Positions 1-9,369 of a DNA stretch of 64,000 bases are shown here, piece by piece (within the stretch, counting starts at the first letter, position 1; every line of letters starts with the position of its first letter). Under the pieces are notes generated by a model. The model had not been told where the DNA came from. It was given only the letters and a program-made list of their open reading frames with translations, and did not search any database. The translations under genes were made by a program, and so were the position numbers. Source of the DNA: Phycisphaeraceae bacterium (GTDB taxonomy: Bacteria; Planctomycetota; Phycisphaerae; Phycisphaerales; UBA1924); contig JACKHF010000001.1 of assembly GCA_020639155.1 (NCBI GenBank), forward strand, positions 1,963,889 through 2,027,888, given 5' to 3'.

Positions 1-262
1 CGAGTGCTGCGGTTTTCACATGCGACTTGATATCCATGCCAAACGCTTTCATCGCGTACAGGCCCACGCCGCCCACAATAATTGCGGTCAGCATTGTCTT
101 CAGCACAGTGTTGTCCTTGAACCTGAACTGGTTGACGATGACATCGAACCGTGTCACGCCGCCCTTCTGGAGCAGGAATCCGAACACGAGCCCTGTCAGC
201 ACACCGAGCAGCAGATTTGAAGGACTGTCAAACCAGGCACTTGCGAGTGTCACGTTAGGCAT
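1..262 (-). CDS. YeeE/YedE family membrane protein, N-terminal part. Partial: the 3' end lies beyond the window start.
   Basis: Reverse-complement translation from the ATG at 262 reads MPNVTLASAWFDSPSNLLLGVLTGLVFGFLLQKGGVTRFDVIVNQF... with no stop before position 1. This is a typical YeeE/YedE (DUF395) N-terminus. It sits immediately downstream of a second YeeE/YedE gene with an 8-bp overlap. Confidence 0.55.
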   Translation of the reverse strand, partial: MPNVTLASAWFDSPSNLLLGVLTGLVFGFLLQKGGVTRFDVIVNQFRFKDNTVLKTMLTAIIVGGVGLYAMKAFGMDIKSHVKTAAL

Positions 263-857
263 TGGTCACCTCCGTTGTTGATGTGGAGTCGGTGCTTGCT
301 GGAACTGCGCACGCTGCGCCCTTTCTGCCGTAGAGCAGTAGCGCTGTCGGCACGCCTCCAAGAAACATTGCGGCCATAAACACATACGCCGATGTTGAGA
401 GCTGCAACCCGCCGGAGATCCCGTGTCCTGATGTGCAGCCGCCAGCCATGCGTGCGCCGATGATGAGAATGATGCCGCCGAGAAACGCTGCGCCGTAGCG
501 GAGCCCGCGTGATGATCCGAACCTGCTGGTCCAGATCGCGGGAACGTGTTCTTTGAGACTCGCGTGCGCAAGCCTGGCTGCGATGAACGCGCCAATCGCC
601 AGCGCGATGACCAGCATGAACTGCCAGTCGAACACGGGTTTGAGTGTTTCGCCGGACCCGAGATACTTCGCGATGTACGCGCTGTTCTCGGCGTGGTCCT
701 TTGCGACAACGCGCTCGACTGCGCCAGCAGCGCGCACGGCTGTTGTTGATGCGCCGAGCGCCTTGCCCATGAACACGAACGTGATCCACGAGAGCACACC
801 GATCGACGCGCCAACCGCGTACGGCGACCATCGTGGAATGGTCAGTGGATTCTTCAT
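255..857 (-). CDS. YeeE/YedE family (sulfur/thiosulfate transport-like) membrane protein
   Basis: 200-aa ORF with multiple hydrophobic helices and the GGCTSGHG motif characteristic of YeeE/YedE. Stop at 255, 8 bp inside the next YeeE-like gene. Confidence 0.75.
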   Translation of the reverse strand: MKNPLTIPRWSPYAVGASIGVLSWITFVFMGKALGASTTAVRAAGAVERVVAKDHAENSAYIAKYLGSGETLKPVFDWQFMLVIALAIGAFIAARLAHASLKEHVPAIWTSRFGSSRGLRYGAAFLGGIILIIGARMAGGCTSGHGISGGLQLSTSAYVFMAAMFLGGVPTALLLYGRKGAACAVPASTDSTSTTEVTNA

Positions 858-1204
858 CGTGCATTCTCCTTTTGATTGACTGGCGGCCTATCACACGATG
901 GCTCGCCTCGATATCTCCGGTGCACGCAGTCCATGATGGACCGCAGCCCCGGTTCTGCGATTGTGTAAAACATCTTGCGTCCCTCGCGCTCCGCATCGAG
1001 CAGTCCGCGATCCCGCATCATGCCCAAGTGCTCCGATGCGGCGTGGGGTTGGATCTCGCACAGTTCCGCAATCTCGCCGACGGTCAGCCGGTGGTCGAGC
1101 AGCACCTCGATCATGCGAAGACGGACCGGATGGGCGAGCGTGCGGAAGCACTCGGCTGCTTCCGTCAGGTCGTCGAGAGATGTGATCCATGTAAAGTCGC
1201 TCAT
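854..1204 (-). CDS. ArsR/SmtB family transcriptional regulator (HTH)
   Basis: LAHPVRLRMIEVLL...LTVGEIAEL helix-turn-helix signature. The ORF track extends to 1240, but the internal Met (MSDFTWIT, ATG at 1204) lies just downstream of a palindrome, so that start is preferred. Positioned directly upstream of the YeeE/YedE pair. Confidence 0.7.
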   Translation of the reverse strand: MSDFTWITSLDDLTEAAECFRTLAHPVRLRMIEVLLDHRLTVGEIAELCEIQPHAASEHLGMMRDRGLLDAEREGRKMFYTIAEPGLRSIMDCVHRRYRGEPSCDRPPVNQKENAR

Positions 1205-1212
1205 ATTTATCA

Positions 1213-1236
1213 ATATATCGTTACTTTTCGATATAT
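1213..1236. promoter_or_regulatory. Inverted repeat ATATATCG-N8-CGATATAT, candidate ArsR operator
   Basis: Perfect 8-bp arms seen in the sequence, 9 bp upstream of the preferred ArsR start, in an AT-rich stretch. ArsR-family repressors typically bind dyad operators overlapping their own promoter. Confidence 0.35.
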
Positions 1237-1427
1237 CCATAAATAGGATGCGGAAATCTGCTCTTGGTGACCGTCTGGAACGATTTTCTGTCGTTGAGAA
1301 AGAGATTCAGCACCGGAGAAGCAGCAAATAGTCCTATAAATATGAAGAATCGTCTTGCAGAAGAATGACCAGACTCGCTACTGTCGCTACCCGACGGAAA
1401 AAACGTCTCTCTCAGATAGGATCACGC

Positions 1428-3131
1428 ATGAGTACATCAGCACCCAATACCGCTGCGTCGTCGCAGGACAACGCGACAAAGTCGATGGACAAGATCATGG
1501 CGCTGTGCAAGCGCCGTGGGTTCATCTATCCCGCCAGCGAGATCTATGGCGGTATCAACGGATTCTGGGATTACGGCCCGCTCGGCTCGCAGCTCAAGAA
1601 GAACCTCCGCGACGCGTGGTGGCAGGACATGATCATGAACCCGTGCTGGGGGCGCACCGGTCCTAATGGAAGGCGTGTTGAGACTGTGCCCGTGGAAACG
1701 TGCATCATCCAGAATCCAAAGGTATGGGAAGCATCGGGGCACCTTGCAGGGTTTGCTGATCCGATGCGGAAGTGCGCGAGTTGTGGGCACTTTGTGCGCG
1801 CAGATCAGTTGTGGGACATCATCGTGACATCGTCGGACTGGTTCAACTCGATGATCCAGGAGTTTGAGCCTTCACCGGAAGGGACAAAGTACCCAAAGGT
1901 CGATGCACAACGTCTGATGCAGTGGGCGAAAAAGAAGGGCAAGAAACTTGCTCCGAATCTTGCGGTCGTGAAGAACACCGAAGTCACGATGAGTTTTCTT
2001 GCGACACGTATCAACGGGCAGCCCGACGCGCCGCTGGATGTGACCGAAATCACGCAGTATATTGCAACCGAGCAGCTTGATGCGACAGGATTGCAGGATC
2101 CATGTCCGCGCTGTGGCGGCCCACTCGGTGAACCCGCTGCATTCAAACTGATGTTTGAGTCATATTCAGGATTGACGCAGACCGAGGATAGCAAGGTATA
2201 TCTGCGCCCCGAGACTGCGCAGGGGATATTCATTCACTTCAAGAATGTTGTAGATACATCGCGCGTGAAGCTTCCATTTGGTATCGGTAACACGGGAAAG
2301 TCGTTCCGGAATGAGATCACGCCTCGCAACTTCACGTTCCGGTCGCGCGAGTTCGAGCAGGCCGAGCTTGAGTTCTTCTGTCATCCAGATGATTCGCAGG
2401 ATTGGTACACGTTCTGGCGTGATTTTCGCATGGAGTGGTGGCAGTCCATCGGGCTTGCCGGTGTGAATCTGACTTTGCGCGAGCACGACAAGGACGAGTT
2501 GAGCCATTACTCAGTTGGTACAAGCGACGTGGAATACAAGTTCCCTTTTACTGCGCCCGAGTTTGGTGAGCTCGAAGGCATCGCCCATCGAGGCAACTTC
2601 GACCTGACGCAGCATCAGAAGCACTCGGGTGCGAAGCTTGAGTACTTTGATACAGAGCGGGGAGAGCTCGCGCCCAACGGGCAGCCCAAGGGTGAGCGGT
2701 ATTTGCCGCATTGCATTGAGCCAGCAGCGGGTCTTGATCGAGGTGTGCTCGCATTGATCTGCGAGGCATACACCGTTGATGAGACGCGCCCCAGCCCGGA
2801 GTTGATGAAGTTCCATCCTCGCATCGCGCCGATCAAGGCTGCCGTGTTCCCGCTGGTAAAGAAGGACGGCATGCCTGAAGCAGCGGAGAAGCTGCACGCG
2901 GAGCTGCGCGCCAAGTTCGGTCGTCTCGGGTTCATTGAGTACGACGAGAAACAGTCGATCGGGAAGCGCTACGCACGCATGGACGAGGCTGGGTGCCCGT
3001 TCTGTTTCACGATCGACGGCGAGACGCTGACCGACGGTACGGTGACGGTGCGCGATCGCGATACCGGTGCGCAGGAACGCATGCCGATGGAGAACGTCAG
3101 TGCATTCCTCGCAGAGAAGCTGGGCGTGTAA
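1428..3131 (+). CDS. glyQS: Glycine--tRNA ligase (class II, dimeric GlyRS)
   Basis: MDKIMALCKRRGFIYPASEIYGGINGFWDYGPLG N-terminal signature of dimeric GlyRS, class II aaRS motifs, about 570 aa. The ORF runs 1365-3131; the start is chosen at the internal Met (MSTSAP). Confidence 0.9.
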   Translation: MSTSAPNTAASSQDNATKSMDKIMALCKRRGFIYPASEIYGGINGFWDYGPLGSQLKKNLRDAWWQDMIMNPCWGRTGPNGRRVETVPVETCIIQNPKVWEASGHLAGFADPMRKCASCGHFVRADQLWDIIVTSSDWFNSMIQEFEPSPEGTKYPKVDAQRLMQWAKKKGKKLAPNLAVVKNTEVTMSFLATRINGQPDAPLDVTEITQYIATEQLDATGLQDPCPRCGGPLGEPAAFKLMFESYSGLTQTEDSKVYLRPETAQGIFIHFKNVVDTSRVKLPFGIGNTGKSFRNEITPRNFTFRSREFEQAELEFFCHPDDSQDWYTFWRDFRMEWWQSIGLAGVNLTLREHDKDELSHYSVGTSDVEYKFPFTAPEFGELEGIAHRGNFDLTQHQKHSGAKLEYFDTERGELAPNGQPKGERYLPHCIEPAAGLDRGVLALICEAYTVDETRPSPELMKFHPRIAPIKAAVFPLVKKDGMPEAAEKLHAELRAKFGRLGFIEYDEKQSIGKRYARMDEAGCPFCFTIDGETLTDGTVTVRDRDTGAQERMPMENVSAFLAEKLGV

Positions 3132-3137
3132 TGCTGC

Positions 3138-5150
3138 TCACGATGCATCGGATGAATCGGTTTCGAGCGATCGAACAACATCGTCGCAGAGCTCCTTCAA
3201 CCAGTCGGCATCAGCCTGCTGATCATTTGGTCCGGGCATGCCCGCTTCTTTGATGACTGCTGACCAGCCGGCATAGATTGCGGTGAGCTCGTTGATCCGT
3301 TCTTTGCTTTGGAACCGACCCATCCGCGAGATTGATTCTGAAACGATGCTGATCGCGACAGTGCGTACGTGGATGTCTGCACTTGTGAGCATGACTCGAA
3401 ACACGTCCTCGTTCTCTCTAAGAAGCTCGGGATTCAGGAACATGCCGAACGATCCCGGTGCCAGCAAAGCCAGATTCGGGTCCTGACGCAAACAGTCGAG
3501 TATGACTCGGGCGTGTTGCAGCATGTCATCTGACGGCTCATCCTCAGTCGCGGTGGACAGAAGCGAAAACAACTCAAGTTGGGCAATACGGAGTCGCAGA
3601 CGTGGTGACGAGCTTTCCTTTGCTCTGTCAAAAAGCTCAGAGAGCGAGGGCGGAAGAACGCCATGCAGCTCGAAGTTCCACAGCGGGAAGAGCACACTCG
3701 ACTGGATCTGATTGTCCAGTGTGTCGTCCTCAAGGATGTGCATGATCGCCTCGCGAGCAGCGGGGCTTTGTGAGCCGATTGCAATGAGCGCAGATGCGTA
3801 GCGTGAAAGCTCATAGATGCGTGTCCATAATGCGCGGTTGCCATTTGCAGGCAGGGGCGTCATGATGTTTGCAACCAGTGGTTCGATGAGATGATCGACC
3901 CGATCGGGCGATTCGTTTGGGTCTGCGAGCACGAGAAACACGAGCGATTCGGCAATCCCATCAGATAAGATCCACAAGCCTGATGAGTACATCGACTGGT
4001 CCGAATCGAGCAGGCGCTCAAGCATTGCGACGAGATCGTCGCTCGTGACCCTGTCTTTGTGCTTTGCAATCGCATGGGCCATCTCGTCAAGCGGTTGCTG
4101 TGCGATCATTGTTGCGGCTGTTGCGCGTGCAGCATCGGACCTCTGAAGATCAAGAAGTACAGTAACGGCATGCCGTGCAATAGATTTCTCAAAGTAGAGT
4201 GAATCTGGCGTGTTACTATCGCCACGATTGACATATGTAGAATACAAGCGGCTTCCACGCTTGATCGTTTCTTCGTCGTCTGAGAACAGCAGCGAGTGGA
4301 TTTTTCTTCGTATCAACCAGTCGTCGAGCAACAGGAACCGCCGCGCGCCAATGCGCCCTGTGAGTGATGCGTCGATGTCGTGGTTGATCGTCCAGTCTTC
4401 ATCGAACCAATCATCGGGAAGTTGTGTTGTACCCAGTACAAGCGCCCATGTCGGCACCATAGCAACGACACCACCACGCTGGTAGCGCTCGACCAGATAT
4501 GAGCTGAAGCCCAGAAGCAGGAGAAAGATGCCCAGAGCGATCTTCCATCGCTGTTTCCTTGCGCGGAGAAGATCTTCTTCTGCAAAGACTTCTCGACCGC
4601 ACTCGGGACAGACGCAGATTGGTGTTGGATTGTCAGTTGAAGAAGCACTCTTCGGTGAAGCCTCAGCACTTCGCGGCGTTGCAGCCATGTCGTACCAGCA
4701 CGCGGGGCATCGCTGCCTGCCTCGGGACCGATCACCGACAACACCCCAGACAATATTTGCGATCGCACCAAGTGCGAGCCCGCACGCAAGCACGAAGAGG
4801 CCGCCATGCGTGCTGCTTGTGCCAACGCCGAACTGATCCAGCGACTGCTCAAGGGTGACAGCAAGCCCAATCGTCCCCAGGGAGAGAATGAATGCGATAA
4901 CAGCAGCAGAGAATGTGGCAGTTGGTGATGAAGTTCTTGCGTTGACAATGCTTGAGAGTGTTCGCTTTGGCCTTTGCTTGGAGGGGAGTGGTTCGGTGTT
5001 GCCTTTGGCCAGTCGGCGTTCCTTCGCGAGTTTCTCATCGCGTTTTTCAATGCCTGCACGCACGAACAGCGATATGCTCCACGAGAGCAATACTCCAGCG
5101 ATCAGCCAGCAGATCGTGACAGGATGGAACAGCCAGTGCTGGGGAAGCAT
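3138..5150 (-). CDS. Hypothetical polytopic membrane protein with a zinc-ribbon (CPACW...CVCPECG) and a long alpha-helical, HEAT/ARM-like C-terminal domain
   Basis: 670-aa ORF. N-terminal hydrophobic segments, two CxxC pairs between TM segments, then about 450 aa of Leu/Ala-rich helical sequence. No recognisable catalytic motif. Confidence 0.5.
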   Translation of the reverse strand: MLPQHWLFHPVTICWLIAGVLLSWSISLFVRAGIEKRDEKLAKERRLAKGNTEPLPSKQRPKRTLSSIVNARTSSPTATFSAAVIAFILSLGTIGLAVTLEQSLDQFGVGTSSTHGGLFVLACGLALGAIANIVWGVVGDRSRGRQRCPACWYDMAATPRSAEASPKSASSTDNPTPICVCPECGREVFAEEDLLRARKQRWKIALGIFLLLLGFSSYLVERYQRGGVVAMVPTWALVLGTTQLPDDWFDEDWTINHDIDASLTGRIGARRFLLLDDWLIRRKIHSLLFSDDEETIKRGSRLYSTYVNRGDSNTPDSLYFEKSIARHAVTVLLDLQRSDAARATAATMIAQQPLDEMAHAIAKHKDRVTSDDLVAMLERLLDSDQSMYSSGLWILSDGIAESLVFLVLADPNESPDRVDHLIEPLVANIMTPLPANGNRALWTRIYELSRYASALIAIGSQSPAAREAIMHILEDDTLDNQIQSSVLFPLWNFELHGVLPPSLSELFDRAKESSSPRLRLRIAQLELFSLLSTATEDEPSDDMLQHARVILDCLRQDPNLALLAPGSFGMFLNPELLRENEDVFRVMLTSADIHVRTVAISIVSESISRMGRFQSKERINELTAIYAGWSAVIKEAGMPGPNDQQADADWLKELCDDVVRSLETDSSDAS

Positions 5151-5213
5151 GCACCTGATTGTACGGAATACCGCTCAATCAGGATGCCCATATGAGTGCG
5201 GTTAACAAGAAAA

Positions 5214-5239
5214 GGAGCCCCGACGTGTGTCGGGGCTCC
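5214..5239 (-). terminator. Rho-independent terminator hairpin (11-bp GC-rich stem, 4-nt loop) downstream of the thioredoxin-like gene
   Basis: GGAGCCCCGAC-GTGT-GTCGGGGCTCC, seen directly. On the minus strand it is followed by a T-rich run (CTTTTCTTGTT). Confidence 0.5.
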
Positions 5240-5268
5240 TGTCGTCTCACGGTGTTGTGAGTGAGCTC

Positions 5269-6360
5269 TTACTTCTTTGCAGCCTTGTACTCATTGAGTG
5301 CCTTGGTGTACTGCTCCTTGGCACGCTCCGGAACAAGTTCGACAGCCTTTGTCTGGATCTCGATTGCTCGATCGATTTCACCCTTGAGGAAGTAGACACG
5401 CGCGAGGGTGTCCATGATGGCGGGGCTCTCGCCGCCCGAAATCTTGTCGGCGTTCTCGGCAGCCTTGGATGCTAAGTTCAGGTCGCGCTTTTCGATAGCC
5501 GCCTCGGGATTGACGATCGCCCACGCGATTGCGTTCAGTTTGTTTGCATCCTTTGCGCTCATCGCGCCTTGGACCAACTCCTCACCGAGTCCGTACGCCT
5601 TGTTAAACTGCCCATTGGTCAGCAGCAGATTGAAGTAGAGATCCTCGTACATGTGTGCGATGCTGGGATGCATCTCCTTGACAGCATTGAACGCTTCGAG
5701 CGCTGTTGCAGGCTCAGTTGATGCCATGCGAAATGCTGTGGAAAGCTTCTCCTCGGATGCTGCGATAGAGGCTGGCCCCTTCTCGTAATCCCATGTGCCA
5801 TCAACAACTTTTTCGACAACTGCGTCAAGCCACATGGGATGGCCGATCCACGCGACGTTTGCATTTCCGTCAATCACAAATGTGCTCGGAATACCGCGAC
5901 GGTTTGCGGCTTTCATGAAGGCTCCATCCATCGCTTTCGATGCACCATCGAATGCAACTGTGTATCCCATGTCGTCGCCCTTGCCTTCGACGAACCCCTT
6001 GACGGTGTCGAGCGTCTTGTCGTCGTACTTGCGCTCCCAGATATTGACACCAACAACCGCGACGCCCTTGTCCTTGTAGGTGCGGGCAATTTGTGAGAGA
6101 TGGGGCATCTGTGCAATGCACGGACCGCACCATGTTGCCCAGAACTCAACAACGTACACGCGACCCGACTCATACCCAGTGATAGGTTCACCCTTCACCC
6201 AGGTTTCAACGTTGATTGCAGGAGCCTTGTCACCAATGTTCAGTGTCTGAGCAGGGGCCGCCTGAGCCGGCTTGGTCTGTGCATCAGTCTTTGTAGACTG
6301 TGCATACGCTGTGCCAGCGAGCACGGTAACTGCTGCGACGGTGAGTGCTTTCTTCATCAT
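5269..6360 (-). CDS. TlpA/ResA-like periplasmic thiol-disulfide oxidoreductase (thioredoxin fold) with a C-terminal TPR-like helical extension
   Basis: Signal peptide (MMKKALTVAAVTVLAGTAYA), WATWCGPC active-site motif, and a roughly 150-aa helical C-terminal region ending ...KALNEYKAAKK. Confidence 0.75.
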   Translation of the reverse strand: MMKKALTVAAVTVLAGTAYAQSTKTDAQTKPAQAAPAQTLNIGDKAPAINVETWVKGEPITGYESGRVYVVEFWATWCGPCIAQMPHLSQIARTYKDKGVAVVGVNIWERKYDDKTLDTVKGFVEGKGDDMGYTVAFDGASKAMDGAFMKAANRRGIPSTFVIDGNANVAWIGHPMWLDAVVEKVVDGTWDYEKGPASIAASEEKLSTAFRMASTEPATALEAFNAVKEMHPSIAHMYEDLYFNLLLTNGQFNKAYGLGEELVQGAMSAKDANKLNAIAWAIVNPEAAIEKRDLNLASKAAENADKISGGESPAIMDTLARVYFLKGEIDRAIEIQTKAVELVPERAKEQYTKALNEYKAAKK

Positions 6361-6618
6361 GATCTGTGATCTCCGTTCTGATATCAGCTGCGAGTGGAGC
6401 GCGAGCGCAACGGTGCGCGGCTCCAGTTTTCCTCAGCAGCTGTTTGTCTGCTGATGATGTGACAGAGCAGAACACCTGCGTGGGCGTTCTGCTTCCATAA
6501 ATCGACGGTATTCACGTGATCTGCTGTGCGTGAGAGAAATGGACCCAGATAAAGTCCAATAACATTGAAATTTGTGATTAGTCTGCTTGCTTGGCGAGCA
6601 AACGCCCTATAGCTCAGA

Positions 6619-7128
6619 TCAGTTCCGGTCAGAAAGATGTCGCTGGAGTGCGGAGAAGAACCGAGGCCAGGCATTCGCAAAGTATGTCCTGACTGCAAGC
6701 CATTCCTCACGATGATCGGGGTGCTGAGAAATCTGCTCAGACCATCCCAGATGGGTGAGCCGAAGTGAGGTCTCGTTTGCGGTCACCGGTTCCAGTTCGA
6801 TGATGACCCATGTGTGACGATCTCGCGCGTGTGTGAACTGAGGTGGCGCGTTCCATGTAAAACTGAGGATTCGTTGTGGTAGGAAACTCAGGATGGCGCA
6901 CGTTTCAGATCCTCGCTTCCCCGCGGGCTGCGAGGCATCAAAGAGGATTTCATATGGCCCGCCGATGCAAAGCTCAATTTGAACATTGCATCCAAGGAAT
7001 GCCTGCGCACCATCGGTGGTTGTCAGGGCATGCCAGACATTGCACAATGATCCCGGGAGGTCCATCTCAACGACCACTGGGTCGACATGAGGATGCAATG
7101 CGACCGCGCTCTTCTCTGCTTCACCCAT
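6619..7128 (-). CDS. SRPBCC / Aha1-like (activator of Hsp90 ATPase homolog) domain protein
   Basis: VWHALTTTDGAQAFLG ... ILSFTW pattern resembling the AHSA1/SRPBCC fold. The ORF extends to 7245 but the domain begins near the internal Met (MGEAEK). Confidence 0.5.
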   Translation of the reverse strand: MGEAEKSAVALHPHVDPVVVEMDLPGSLCNVWHALTTTDGAQAFLGCNVQIELCIGGPYEILFDASQPAGKRGSETCAILSFLPQRILSFTWNAPPQFTHARDRHTWVIIELEPVTANETSLRLTHLGWSEQISQHPDHREEWLAVRTYFANAWPRFFSALQRHLSDRN

Positions 7129-7387
7129 CGTGACACTATCCCCTTGGCTCATCCCGCCGGTGCGCAACCCGGAGGTCGGAAGGAACAGCCTTGCGTGCGA
7201 TGTGTTGTTGTGAGAAGCCTGTCTCACATTCCAGAGCAGACACAAAATATATCAGGTTTGTTTGGACAATGGGAACAGAAGTGCCATAAAACTCCCCCAA
7301 ATACGGAAATTCTGCCGCCGATTCTTGTTGATTTTTCTACACAACACCCGGTTGGCTTTTTACCGGAATCACACACAGGACGCTCCC

Positions 7388-8710
7388 ATGGGCAGAAAAC
7401 GAAAGAAACACCACGCTGCTGCGCGCTCAGACACAGATTCTCCAGTTGAGACGCTAGCTCAAATGGACCCATGTCCGCATCGCATCTGGGGTGAGGTCGG
7501 TGTCGACTTTGATCAGAACTCGCTCGATCAGTTGCGCAATGCGTGCTCGTTGCCGGTGTCGGTCGCTGGAGCACTGATGCCCGATGCGCATGTCGGGTAC
7601 GGACTTCCGATCGGCGGAGTGCTCGCCACGCGCGACGCGGTGATTCCCTACGCGGTCGGTGTGGATATCGCATGCCGGATGAAGATGACCGTGCTCGATC
7701 TGAACTCGAAGCAGATCGACCATCCGCACGTGCGGGATCGATTGGCTGGTGCGATCGAAGCCGAGACACGATTCGGTGTTGGCGGCGCATTCCGTGGGTA
7801 CGACAGACATCAGCACGCGGTGATGGACGACGCTGCGTGGGACGCGTCGCACGTGACCCGCAAACTGAAGAACAAGGCGTGGACGCAGCTTGGCACGAGT
7901 GGTTCGGGGAATCACTTCGTGGAGTTCGGGCTGCTCACGGTTTTTGAGAACGCACCACGACGTGTATCACAACAATCAGAAGCCGGCTCGCACGCGAAGT
8001 GGGATCTTGAGCCGGGTACATATGTTGCGTTTATGTCGCACTCGGGCAGTCGAGGGAGCGGCGCATCGATCTGTCAGCACTATTCAGATATTGCCCGGGC
8101 AAACCATCCGGAACTTCCAAAGCAGTTCTCGTACCTTGCGTGGCTCGACATGAAGTCAGACGCGGGGCAGGAGTACTGGACCGCGATGAATCTCATGGGC
8201 AGGTACGCAGCAGCGAACCACGAGTGCATCCATCGTGCGATCGCGAAGCATCTCGGCGCGAAGGTCATCGCGGACGTTGAGAACCATCACAACTTCGCGT
8301 GGCTGGAAACGCATGAGGTTGATGGCGTGCAGGAAGAGGTCGTCGTGCATCGCAAGGGCGCAACACCCGCGGGCGACGGCGTGATGGGCATTATTCCGGG
8401 TACGATGGCGACACCCGGGTATGTTGTTGTGGGCGCAGGGTCATCCGATTCACTTCGATCGTCGAGTCACGGCGCAGGTCGTGTGCTCTCGCGCACAAAG
8501 GCACGCGAGAAGTTCCGGTTCGGCGCGGTTCGCGGGATGCTCGCAAAGCAGGGGATCACGGTGCTTTCTGCGGGTGCGGACGAGTCGCCCGGCGCGTACA
8601 AGGACATCGAGCAGGTGATGGCGCAGCAAGTAGATCTTGTGACGCCGGTGGCAAGGTTTGACCCGAAGATTGTGAAGATGGCGCCCGAGGGCGAGCGGGC
8701 GGAGGATTAG
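7388..8710 (+). CDS. rtcB: RNA-splicing ligase RtcB
   Basis: MPDAHVGYGLPIGGV and GSGNHFVEFG motifs, a metal-binding His cluster, about 440 aa. The start is placed at MGRKRKK (ATG 7388); the ORF track begins at 7262. Confidence 0.85.
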   Translation: MGRKRKKHHAAARSDTDSPVETLAQMDPCPHRIWGEVGVDFDQNSLDQLRNACSLPVSVAGALMPDAHVGYGLPIGGVLATRDAVIPYAVGVDIACRMKMTVLDLNSKQIDHPHVRDRLAGAIEAETRFGVGGAFRGYDRHQHAVMDDAAWDASHVTRKLKNKAWTQLGTSGSGNHFVEFGLLTVFENAPRRVSQQSEAGSHAKWDLEPGTYVAFMSHSGSRGSGASICQHYSDIARANHPELPKQFSYLAWLDMKSDAGQEYWTAMNLMGRYAAANHECIHRAIAKHLGAKVIADVENHHNFAWLETHEVDGVQEEVVVHRKGATPAGDGVMGIIPGTMATPGYVVVGAGSSDSLRSSSHGAGRVLSRTKAREKFRFGAVRGMLAKQGITVLSAGADESPGAYKDIEQVMAQQVDLVTPVARFDPKIVKMAPEGERAED

Positions 8711-8786
8711 ATTACTCTCGTCTACATATCTGTAAGCATTGAGTGCTTTATTATAAATTGGAGATAAGAAATTGATGGCTTGCTTA

Positions 8787-9299
8787 TTACATACCCATCA
8801 TTTTCTTGAACTGAATAGAAGGCCTGCTTGCTCGCCCTTTGCCAGATCGAATTACTCCTCTTATTGTCCATCTTGGGAGATTCTTCGTGTTTTGGACATT
8901 GCATAGACGTGGGTTCTTGTCTAACGCATACAACGTGAGTTCTTTTTCCATGTGCTTTAGTTCATTCTGCGGGACTTTTCGGTGATTGCCCATTGGTGTC
9001 ACAAAGAAAACAACAGGTGTTCCTCTTGACGACTTGAATATAGCACTGTTGTAAATTTCAAGTTTGTGGTGTGAAAAGATCTCTTGTCCAAAGCCTTTGC
9101 CAGCCTTGCCAACGTACCACGGCTTAAATCCTTTCCCTGCGCGCATAGCAAATATGTAGCATCCTTGTTTGTAGTATAGAGATTCGGCAGTCTGGTTGTG
9201 CCAGAAATACTGACAGTCCTGCCTCTCTATTCTCTTTTTAATGCCGTTTTGGACACATGGCAACTCCAATGGGCCAACTACGTGGAGGTCTGTCGCCAT
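8787..9299 (-). CDS. GIY-YIG nuclease-domain protein (candidate restriction endonuclease), low-GC ORF
   Basis: GCYIFAMRAGKGFKPWYVGKAGKGF parallels the UvrC-type GIY-(10-13 aa)-YVGKA motif, followed by conserved-like E/N residues. The ORF is strikingly AT-rich relative to its flanks. It lies immediately downstream, on the same strand, of a Dam-class DNA methyltransferase. Confidence 0.5.
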   Translation of the reverse strand: MATDLHVVGPLELPCVQNGIKKRIERQDCQYFWHNQTAESLYYKQGCYIFAMRAGKGFKPWYVGKAGKGFGQEIFSHHKLEIYNSAIFKSSRGTPVVFFVTPMGNHRKVPQNELKHMEKELTLYALDKNPRLCNVQNTKNLPRWTIRGVIRSGKGRASRPSIQFKKMMGM

Positions 9300-9369
9300 T
9301 AGTTATTCCTTATGCGAAGTTAAAGGTTGTACGAAAACGATGTCATAAGTATATGCCCCTTTAATTGAG

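Noticed and set aside
250-996. 248-aa and 182-aa minus-strand ORFs overlapping the YeeE/YedE gene in alternative frames
   Set aside because: Arg/Ser-rich, compositionally biased translations typical of an off-frame reading of GC-rich coding DNA. The YeeE frame carries the real motifs.
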